Below, one piece after another: positions 41,020 through 48,204 of a stretch of 50,260 nucleotides of DNA. The notes beneath the pieces are model-generated. The model saw only the letters and a list, made by a program, of their open reading frames with translations. It ran no database searches and was not told where the DNA came from. The stretch comes from Minisyncoccota bacterium (lineage in GTDB: Bacteria; Patescibacteriota; Minisyncoccia; Phycocordibacterales; UBA2100). Location of the stretch: positions 1 to 50,260 of the forward strand of contig JARLIE010000236.1 in the NCBI GenBank assembly GCA_031291875.1, in the 5' to 3' direction. A program made the translations under genes and the position numbers. How positions within the stretch are numbered: position 1 is the first letter of the stretch; each line of letters opens with the position of its first letter.

Positions 41020-41175
41020 CTACCGGAGTGTCTGAACCGTAATCATAACGATCGGAACGAGCAGGACGGCGCCCAAAAGCCAAGCTTCCAATTCAGAGAT
41101 CGGATATTTCTCCTCTCTCTGCCTTTGCGGATGGAGTATATCCTTTGCGGCCACATCTCGGTGTGTTCCGTGCAT
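41020..41175 (-). CDS. Candidate 51-aa protein with a C-terminal TM (not in the ORF track)
   Basis: AAGGAG Shine-Dalgarno 7 nt upstream of the ATG at 41175: MHGTHRDVAAKDILHPQRQREEKYPISELEAWLLGAVLLVPIVMITVQTLR. Confidence 0.45.
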   Translation of the reverse strand: MHGTHRDVAAKDILHPQRQREEKYPISELEAWLLGAVLLVPIVMITVQTLR

Positions 41176-41429
41176 GATTGTTCTCCTTACTTTGAACAAT
41201 GTCGCCGCGACACTGTTGCTAGTTCCGACTATACACCCTTCCCCAGAAAAAAAGCAAGATTTGAGCCAGAAAATGTGGAAAAATCCGTTCGGACGTCGGT
41301 ATTCGGGGGATTAGAGGTGTTCATCGGCGCCTGTATCATTTTCTATTTCAGTCGGTAACCGTTTTCGCGACGTAGCTCGTGCCTTCGACGCATTGCATTT
41401 AAAAAGCCTTCAATTAGTATTACCAAATC

Positions 41430-42146
41430 ATGGAACGAACCACTCAGATGTGGCTTATCGGCGGATTTATTGTAGTTGTCATCCTCGCCGTTGTAGCCGC
41501 AGCAGTTTTCTCGAACGGCGCTTCTATCAATTCTTCTGGCTTTAGCGCGACGATTGCCGCGCCGATTACCGCAGACGATCATGTGCAAGGGGACACAAGC
41601 TCGAAAGTGACAGTCGTCGAGTACGGCGATTTTGAATGTCCCGCGTGCGGCGCATGGGAGCCGCTCGTCCAGCAGCTCGAGCAGCAATACGACAATCGCG
41701 TCGAGTTCGTTTTCCGCAATTTCCCGCTGACACAGGTACACCCCTTTGCGATGATCGGTTCACAAGCCGCCGAAGCCGCCGCCGATCAGGGTAAGTACTG
41801 GGAAATGCACGATCTTTTGTACAAGAATCAGACCGCATGGACCGCCGACACGTCGCTGAAGCCCGCTGATGTCGTCACGAAATTCTTCAACGGCTACGCA
41901 CAGCAGCTCGGACTCGATGTGACGAAGTTCGACACCGACATCAACTCGAGCGCGACCATCGCGCGCGTGCAGCGTGACATTGATTCCGGCACTGCCGCGC
42001 AGATCAATCACACGCCGACCTTCTTCGTCAACCTCACTCAGATCCAAAACCCGACCGGTCTTGCGCAATTCCAGCAGGTGATCGATCAGGCGCTCGCGGC
42101 AGCCGCGGCTTCAAGTTCTCAGCAAACGGCGACCTCGACCAAGTAA
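41430..42146 (+). CDS. DsbA-family thiol:disulfide oxidoreductase, membrane-anchored
   Basis: N-terminal TM. VVEYGDFECPACG active site. ...HPFA..G..AAEAA..QGKYWEMHD motif. Confidence 0.85.
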   Translation: MERTTQMWLIGGFIVVVILAVVAAAVFSNGASINSSGFSATIAAPITADDHVQGDTSSKVTVVEYGDFECPACGAWEPLVQQLEQQYDNRVEFVFRNFPLTQVHPFAMIGSQAAEAAADQGKYWEMHDLLYKNQTAWTADTSLKPADVVTKFFNGYAQQLGLDVTKFDTDINSSATIARVQRDIDSGTAAQINHTPTFFVNLTQIQNPTGLAQFQQVIDQALAAAAASSSQQTATSTK

Positions 42147-42147
42147 C

Positions 42148-42693
42148 ATGCCGGCTTTTGCCTCCATATTCATTCTTTTGATGGCGATCGGCACCCTGGT
42201 GCTCGACATTGCACTTGTCGCGAAACTCCTCACGCTCTTCAAGGCGAGTGGGCGCGCAAAGCTTCGTAGGGCGTACGGCTCGTACGGCCTCATGCTGATT
42301 TTCGTCTTTTCAACGCTCGCGATTGCGGGGACGCTGATCATGCAATACGTGGGAGCGCTGAATCCGTGCGTCTTATGCTGGTGGCAGCGCGTCTTTATGT
42401 ATCCGATTCCGTTCATTTCTCTGATCGCGATCATCAAAGGACAAAAACTTTCCGACATCGCGGATTACTTGCTCTCGCTCTCATTCATTGGCGCGCTCAT
42501 TGCCCTCTACCAACATCTTTTGCAAATCCTTCCTACTGGTTCGCTTATCCCATGCGACCCGACAGGCGATTGTGCTGTGCGCACCGTTTTTTATTTCAAT
42601 TTCGTGACCATTCCGTGGATGGCGGTCACCGTCTTTGCCGCGATTTTCCTCATCGCGCTCATTGGTCGCTCGGCAGGAACATCTTCCAATTAA
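42148..42693 (+). CDS. DsbB/BdbC-family disulfide bond formation protein
   Basis: NPCVLCWWQR motif, second Cys pair C..TGDC, multi-TM. 1 nt after the dsbA-like stop. Confidence 0.8.
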   Translation: MPAFASIFILLMAIGTLVLDIALVAKLLTLFKASGRAKLRRAYGSYGLMLIFVFSTLAIAGTLIMQYVGALNPCVLCWWQRVFMYPIPFISLIAIIKGQKLSDIADYLLSLSFIGALIALYQHLLQILPTGSLIPCDPTGDCAVRTVFYFNFVTIPWMAVTVFAAIFLIALIGRSAGTSSN

Positions 42694-42729
42694 GATTCTC
42701 CGTGTAGTCGCGCGGTACAATAGGGGAAT

Positions 42730-43761
42730 ATGGGGTCGAGAGCGAAGCGACGGTTTTTTGTGTATGCGGTGCTCGTTTTGCTTTCAATAGCTGGATCGGC
42801 ATTTTATGGCTCTGCTGCGCAGACGGCAACGCCCCAAAGCGAGCGGTTTACACCTTCGGTAAGCGGCACACAGACGTTGGTGATCGAACCGCAAGATGGC
42901 ACGCAATCCATTGTGCGCATGGTTCAAAGCGCATCCAGCTCTGTCGATATCGTCATGTACGAATTCGAAGATATACAACTTGAACAACTGCTCGCCCAGC
43001 GCGCGAAAGCGGGAATCGCAGTTCGGGTTATTCTCGACAATGGCTATTTCGGCGCCGGATCGAGTGCCAACCAAAGCGCGTTCGATTACTTTCAGACAAA
43101 CGGGGTTCAAGTGCACTGGTCTTCTGCTTCTTTTGCGCTCACGCATGAAAAATCGCTGGTAATCGACGGCACGCAAGCGTTTGTTATGACTTTTAATTTG
43201 ACCCCGAAATACTACAAAGGCGATCGTGATTTCGGTGTTATCGATACCGACCAAAACGACGTCACGGCGATGGAACAAACCTTTAATGCAGACTGGAGCG
43301 GGCAACGCATACCCTCGCAAAACGGCGACCATCTCGTATGGAGTCCGAATTCTCGCGATCAACTACTCTCGCTCATACAGAACGCAACTTCGTCGCTTGA
43401 GGTCTATAACGAAGAAATGCAAGATCCGCAGATCATTACGGCGCTCGAAGGAGCGGCCAAACGCGGAGTGAATGTCGAGATCGACATGACGTACTCGAAA
43501 CAGTGGCGGCAGGCGTTTGACGATTTGTCGCAATCCGGCGCGCATATCCGCACCTACAAAGCGAGCGCGCCGCTCTATATCCACGCGAAAGTCATTATTG
43601 CGGATGCCGCAGAAGCGTTTGTCGGTTCCGAAAACTTTTCCTCGTCATCGCTCGATCAAAACAGGGAGTTGGGTCTCATGATCGCTGATCCCGAAATCGT
43701 TTCCCGGCTGACGGAAGTGTTCCAAGGCGACTGGCAGGGTGCAACTCCTTTTGCTCTATAA
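42730..43761 (+). CDS. Secreted phospholipase D-superfamily protein (two HKD motifs)
   Basis: Signal peptide/anchor. HEKSLVIDG and HAKVIIAD HxK(x)4D motifs. Confidence 0.85.
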   Translation: MGSRAKRRFFVYAVLVLLSIAGSAFYGSAAQTATPQSERFTPSVSGTQTLVIEPQDGTQSIVRMVQSASSSVDIVMYEFEDIQLEQLLAQRAKAGIAVRVILDNGYFGAGSSANQSAFDYFQTNGVQVHWSSASFALTHEKSLVIDGTQAFVMTFNLTPKYYKGDRDFGVIDTDQNDVTAMEQTFNADWSGQRIPSQNGDHLVWSPNSRDQLLSLIQNATSSLEVYNEEMQDPQIITALEGAAKRGVNVEIDMTYSKQWRQAFDDLSQSGAHIRTYKASAPLYIHAKVIIADAAEAFVGSENFSSSSLDQNRELGLMIADPEIVSRLTEVFQGDWQGATPFAL

Positions 43762-43763
43762 AA

Positions 43764-43790
43764 CAACACCCGACCTCGAGTCGGGTGTTG
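43764..43790 (-). terminator. Hairpin CAACACCCGAC-CTCGA-GTCGGGTGTTG; the T-tract is on the minus strand only
   Basis: 11-bp perfect stem between convergent units. Confidence 0.7.
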
Positions 43791-43802
43791 AAGGAAAGAG
43801 CT

Positions 43803-43955
43803 TCAGATGAGGTGCGCCTTACGGAGAAGAATTACGATAGCGATAGAACTCACCACCGTCACGGCCACAAGAGCTCGCTCGAAGTGTTTACTGAAGGTCA
43901 TCCTCTCGAACCAGCCGCGTTTACGTTTTGCGGATCGACTAACTAGAGAAGTCAT
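43803..43955 (-). CDS. Candidate 50-aa basic, C-terminally anchored membrane protein (not in the ORF track)
   Basis: GGAGG Shine-Dalgarno 5 nt upstream of the ATG at 43955: MTSLVSRSAKRKRGWFERMTFSKHFERALVAVTVVSSIAIVILLRKAHLI. Follows ORF 43968..44405. Confidence 0.5.
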   Translation of the reverse strand: MTSLVSRSAKRKRGWFERMTFSKHFERALVAVTVVSSIAIVILLRKAHLI

Positions 43956-43967
43956 TACTACCTCCAT

Positions 43968-44405
43968 CTATTCCAAGATTGACTGGAAAAATACGATCAC
44001 TTCGTAAGCCCACACTACCACACCCATTCCAAAGGGAAAGTAGTATGCTCGTAATCTCGGCCATTCTTGGCGTTCCCAAAAGTTTTGGTGGCTGAATATA
44101 GCTACACGTGAACCGGATTCCGTTTCTGATTCCTCATCTAATCGTTCGAGCTCAGCGAGGCGATCATCCCAGAACTGCAGAAGATCGATTGAATGGATCG
44201 CGGCGAATACGAGTCCCAAGTGCATAAAAAAGCCGAATACACTGATAAGCAGCTTTACGGACTCGTTTTGGTGACTTCCGAACGCGATAGGCAACGCGAC
44301 CGAGTTGAAAACTAAGAATGCCTGCATTCCTGACCATAGAATCTGTATCGTCGTGTTACGTGATGCACATATTCCAGCGTACATATTCGGCTCACCGTCA
44401 CGCAT
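43968..44405 (-). CDS. Hypothetical membrane protein (145 aa), lower GC
   Basis: GGAG Shine-Dalgarno upstream of the ATG at 44405. Several hydrophobic helices. Confidence 0.6.
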   Translation of the reverse strand: MRDGEPNMYAGICASRNTTIQILWSGMQAFLVFNSVALPIAFGSHQNESVKLLISVFGFFMHLGLVFAAIHSIDLLQFWDDRLAELERLDEESETESGSRVAIFSHQNFWERQEWPRLRAYYFPFGMGVVVWAYEVIVFFQSILE

Positions 44406-44492
44406 TTTGCGCTCCTATCAATGTGTTCTGGATGAGTTGTACCACGCTAGATTTTAGATTGAAACTGGAGACTTTGGGCTACAATAGTAGCG

Positions 44493-45554
44493 ATGGGATC
44501 AACGGTGTATCGCAAATTGCTCGAACAGCACTTAAAAATATTGGAAGGGCTGCAGTACGAATCCGGGCTTTTTGCAGCATCCAAAAAGGGTGAGGGCGAA
44601 GGATATGACAAAGCCTGGCTGCGGGACAATTTTTACGAGTGCCTCGCGTTTGAGGTGCTCGGCGATTACGACATTGTTCGCAAAACGTACCGCGCTATCC
44701 TCGATATCTTCAAAAAGCACGAATACAAAATTGATTACGCGATTTCCAAAAAGCCGGAATATACGCACCAGTACATTCACCCGCGCTACAATCCGCAGAC
44801 CTTCGACGAATATTGGGAAGAGTGGGGCAACAAGCAGAACGACTCGATCGGCTGCATTCTTTTCGAAATAGGAAAACTGGAGAAAGAAAAGCCCGGGCTA
44901 CTCGTGCAAAGCGACGACGACCGCCGTGTTTTGCAAAAGCTGGTCTGGTATCTCTCGACGCTACAGTATTGGCACGACCCGGATTCGGGCATGTGGGAAG
45001 AAAACGAAGAAGTACATGCTTCCTCGGTGGGCGCGTGTCTCGCCGGACTTATGTCGATCCGCGACGTGCAGGGGATCGAAGTCCCCGAGGAACTCATCGA
45101 GCGCGGCAAGATCACGCTCGATTCGATCCTTCCTCGCGAATCCAAAGGAAAATTCGTGGATCTGGCGTTGCTCTCGCTCATATGGCCGTATAACGTCGTT
45201 GATAGCGCGCAAACGAAAGTAATACTCGATCATGTCGAGTATCACCTGCTGCGTGAGCGCGGTGTGATCCGCTACAAAGGCGATCGCTATTACAACAAGA
45301 ACGAAGACGGCTGGTCGGAAGAGGCGGAATGGACCTTCGGTTTGAGTTGGCTTTCGATCATCTACGAAAAGTTGAGCGACAAGGAGAAGGCAAAGGAATA
45401 TTTGGAGCGCGCGAAGGAAACTTCCACCAAGCTCGGACTGCCGGAGCTCTATTTTTCCAACTCGACGAAATACAACGACAATACGCCGCTAGGCTGGAGT
45501 GAATCGCTCTTTATCGTCGCGCTGCACGAAGTGAACGCAAAGCGCCTCCGCTGA
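44493..45554 (+). CDS. Glycoside hydrolase family 15-like catalytic domain protein
   Basis: YDKAWLRDNFY, ...GMWEENEEVHASSVGAC.AGL, ...GWSES.F (alpha/alpha)6-barrel GH15 motifs. Confidence 0.75.
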   Translation: MGSTVYRKLLEQHLKILEGLQYESGLFAASKKGEGEGYDKAWLRDNFYECLAFEVLGDYDIVRKTYRAILDIFKKHEYKIDYAISKKPEYTHQYIHPRYNPQTFDEYWEEWGNKQNDSIGCILFEIGKLEKEKPGLLVQSDDDRRVLQKLVWYLSTLQYWHDPDSGMWEENEEVHASSVGACLAGLMSIRDVQGIEVPEELIERGKITLDSILPRESKGKFVDLALLSLIWPYNVVDSAQTKVILDHVEYHLLRERGVIRYKGDRYYNKNEDGWSEEAEWTFGLSWLSIIYEKLSDKEKAKEYLERAKETSTKLGLPELYFSNSTKYNDNTPLGWSESLFIVALHEVNAKRLR

Positions 45555-45561
45555 CTTGACT

Positions 45562-45578
45562 ATATCCGTAACGGATAT
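45562..45578. promoter_or_regulatory. Perfect palindrome ATATCCGT-A-ACGGATAT filling the spacer of a TTGACT(45556-61)/TATCAT(45578-83) promoter; probable PadR operator
   Basis: Read directly from the sequence. The ATG of the PadR gene is 6 nt after the -10 box. Confidence 0.6.
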
Positions 45579-45589
45579 ATCATGCTCGT

Positions 45590-45922
45590 ATGAGAAAGAC
45601 GAACGACGTTACTCCGCTTACGCCAGCTGTTTTTTACATTCTCCTCGCCCTTATGGGATCCGAGCGCCATGGGTACGACATCATGGGGCAAGTCAGCGAG
45701 GATTCTGGTGGCACTGTCACGATGGGGCCGGGCACACTCTATGGTTCGCTCGATCGGATGATGGAAAGCGGCTTTGTGGAGCGCTCGCCCCATTCCACAC
45801 AAGATCCTCGACGCATCTACTATCGGTTGACGGCGCAAGGAAAGCGGGTGCTCGCGGCAGAGGTCGATCGTTTATTGCTTGCGGCGAAAGTCGCGCAGGA
45901 GCGCAAGGTTAAAACGGCCTAG
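45590..45922 (+). CDS. PadR-family transcriptional regulator
   Basis: ...FYILLAL..SERHGYDIM..V......V.MGPGTLYGSLDRM.ESGFVE motif. Confidence 0.88.
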   Translation: MRKTNDVTPLTPAVFYILLALMGSERHGYDIMGQVSEDSGGTVTMGPGTLYGSLDRMMESGFVERSPHSTQDPRRIYYRLTAQGKRVLAAEVDRLLLAAKVAQERKVKTA

Positions 45923-45924
45923 GT

Positions 45925-46404
45925 ATGGAACAAGAACTACCCATGCAACGAAGCTCCTCGAAACTCTACGAAACGTTGCTTTGGTTGTATCCGGCTTCGT
46001 ACCGACGTGCGCACCGTGAGGAGCTTTTGCAGAATTTCGAAGATCTCGAACGTGACGCCGGTTCGAGCGTTGTTTTGTGGACGTTCATTGCGAGCGATCT
46101 TATTAGTAGCCTTAGTACGGAATATATGGAATACGTAAAAAAACATCGCTGGGCGCAATTCGCGCTCGGCATATTCGCCGTGTTGGTCCTTTTATACGCC
46201 TGGCAATTTGCCACGTTGCAAAAAGCGCATAGCACGTTCGACAACTACGCCGCCTTCAGAGGATGCGAGCAAATTACCAGTCACACCGATACGCAGGGGA
46301 CCTGTACACTCGCAAGCGGTCAGTCGATCAAGATGGTCCAAGTCGGAGGTCGTTGGTATCTCGACGGCGATTTGCCGACTTGTATCGGAAATGTTTGTTT
46401 CTAG
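45925..46404 (+). CDS. PadR-associated hypothetical membrane protein
   Basis: 2 nt after the padR stop. One or two TM segments. Cys-containing C-terminal domain. Confidence 0.55.
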   Translation: MEQELPMQRSSSKLYETLLWLYPASYRRAHREELLQNFEDLERDAGSSVVLWTFIASDLISSLSTEYMEYVKKHRWAQFALGIFAVLVLLYAWQFATLQKAHSTFDNYAAFRGCEQITSHTDTQGTCTLASGQSIKMVQVGGRWYLDGDLPTCIGNVCF

Positions 46405-46449
46405 GTGCTGCACACTGAAGCGCACGGGCGCCAGCTTCATAGTGCTACA

Positions 46450-47610
46450 ATGGCGGGCATGATTCGCACCGAACAGAAACTTTGGACCAAAGACTCCGGT
46501 TGGGAGAATTTGGACGACAAAAAGCTCGACGCGGCGCCGCAATTGGTGTTCGCCTTTGCTGCACGCGTCCTCGTCGAGGATCAAAAAATATTCCAGCAAA
46601 TCCGCAACTTTTATCCGGGTGCGTACATCATCATGTGCTCGACGGCAGGGGAGATACTCGATACCGCCGTGCGAGACGATTCCGTGGCACTCACCGCTGT
46701 TCACTTTGAAAAATCGGTCGTCCGCTTTTCCGAAACTACCATTGAAAACGTCGAAGACAGCCTCAATGTCGGCAAACGGCTCGCCGAATTCTTGCCGGTT
46801 GAGGGCTTGGTGCACGCGATGGTCTTTTGCGACGGGCTTAATGTGAACGGCACGCTTCTCGTCAAAGGCGTCAATGACAACTTGCCTCCGAATGTCTCGG
46901 TGACGGGCGGACTTGTCGGCGACGGCAGCGACTTCAAAAAGACGGTTGTGGGGCGCGACGGCCCGGGGCAATCCAACAAAGTGGTGTTGCTCGGCTTCTA
47001 TGGCCCGACGCTCAAAGTCGGTTATGGATCGCTTGGCGGATGGGACGTCTACGGCGATTCGCACACCCTCACCAAGTCAAACGGAAACGTACTGTACGAA
47101 ATCGATGGAAAACCGGCGCTTTCCGTGTACAAGCAAATTCTCGGCGAGGAACAAGCGAAACAGCTGCCGAGTTCGGCGCTGCTTTTTCCGCTTCGGCTTG
47201 AAACCGAGGATCAAGTACACAACGAGGTCGTGCGTACCATTTTGGGTGTCAACGAAGCGGATCAGAGCATGACCTTCGCCGGCGACATGCCGCAGGGCGC
47301 CAGAGCGCACTTTATGCAAGCCAACTTCGACCGTCTCATCGACGGCGCATCCGGTGCGGGCAAGCTTTCGCTCGCGGCGCTTGGTACGGATCATCCACAG
47401 CTCGCTATCCTGGTGAGCTGCATCGGCAGAAAGCTGGTGCTCAAGGAGCGTTCGACCGATGAGGTGAAAGCGGTACGCTCGGTACTCGGCGCCGAAACGG
47501 CGATCAGCGGTTTCTATTCCTACGGCGAGCTTTGCCCGACCGCAGCAAGCGGAAAGCAGTGCCTTTTGCACAATCAAACGATGACAATCACCGCTTTTCG
47601 GGAGGACTAA
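46450..47610 (+). CDS. Stand-alone FIST (FIST_N plus FIST_C) sensory domain protein
   Basis: ...PQLVFAF......IMCSTAGEI...., ...GGLVGDG..F..T.V, ...GFYSYGEL.P pattern. Start uncertain (GTG 46405, ATG 46450 or ATG 46459). Confidence 0.75.
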   Translation: MAGMIRTEQKLWTKDSGWENLDDKKLDAAPQLVFAFAARVLVEDQKIFQQIRNFYPGAYIIMCSTAGEILDTAVRDDSVALTAVHFEKSVVRFSETTIENVEDSLNVGKRLAEFLPVEGLVHAMVFCDGLNVNGTLLVKGVNDNLPPNVSVTGGLVGDGSDFKKTVVGRDGPGQSNKVVLLGFYGPTLKVGYGSLGGWDVYGDSHTLTKSNGNVLYEIDGKPALSVYKQILGEEQAKQLPSSALLFPLRLETEDQVHNEVVRTILGVNEADQSMTFAGDMPQGARAHFMQANFDRLIDGASGAGKLSLAALGTDHPQLAILVSCIGRKLVLKERSTDEVKAVRSVLGAETAISGFYSYGELCPTAASGKQCLLHNQTMTITAFRED

Positions 47611-47697
47611 GTTTGAGGACTTCTCCATTTTTTCTTACTTGTTTTTTAACAAGCCTCTTTATGATAGGTTGGGAAAGGAATTCAACAGGAGAAAAAC

Positions 47698-48021
47698 ATG
47701 GATGCTAAGCAGATGGCCGAATGGTCTCCTCAGCTGGGAACCGAAGAAGAGATCGCCGAGATACAGCGACGCCTCTCTTCTATCCCGCAGCTCGATCTCG
47801 TTTCGAAGACGATCGTCTGTTTTTCCAGCGCCTGCGGAGACAAAACCGGCGATAAGGGTCGTATTCTGATCCGAAGCGTTTCCGACAATAATGTCGTCGG
47901 CTCGCCGATCGCAGCGATCAATCTGGATTCTGAAAGTTGTGATGCTCTTCTTAGGAATCTGGTGTACCTGCGGTTGCAGTTCAAGGCCCTGGCGAAGCAC
48001 CGCGCAAGTAAGCGGTACTAA
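47698..48021 (+). CDS. Hypothetical 107-aa protein downstream of FIST
   Basis: AGGAGA Shine-Dalgarno 6 nt upstream of the ATG. Strong terminator downstream. Confidence 0.6.
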   Translation: MDAKQMAEWSPQLGTEEEIAEIQRRLSSIPQLDLVSKTIVCFSSACGDKTGDKGRILIRSVSDNNVVGSPIAAINLDSESCDALLRNLVYLRLQFKALAKHRASKRY

Positions 48022-48033
48022 CGCGAACGATTC

Positions 48034-48068
48034 AGCGGCGCATGAGATTTTTCATGCGCCGCTTTTTA
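48034..48068 (+). terminator. Rho-independent terminator (12-bp stem AGCGGCGCATGA/TCATGCGCCGCT plus T5)
   Basis: Read directly from the sequence. Confidence 0.85.
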
Positions 48069-48160
48069 TATCGTGTCTGTGTTTTATATAGCTGCGTACT
48101 TTGCACCGACGACTTCGACATGCGACAGCAGGGAAAGTCGATTGAATCCACCCTCTATAA

Positions 48161-48198
48161 GTAAAAGAAAGTGGCCGGCGCTTGGGAGCGTCGGCCAC
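48161..48198 (-). terminator. Rho-independent terminator of the ABC exporter gene
   Basis: GTGGCCGGCGCT-TGGG-AGCGTCGGCCAC stem. TTTCTTTT follows on the minus strand. Confidence 0.75.
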
Positions 48199-48204
48199 TA
48201 TTGT

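Noticed and set aside
46192-47064. 290-aa minus-strand ORF opposite the FIST gene
   Set aside because: The FIST-domain frame on the + strand has recognisable family motifs. The antisense frame has none.
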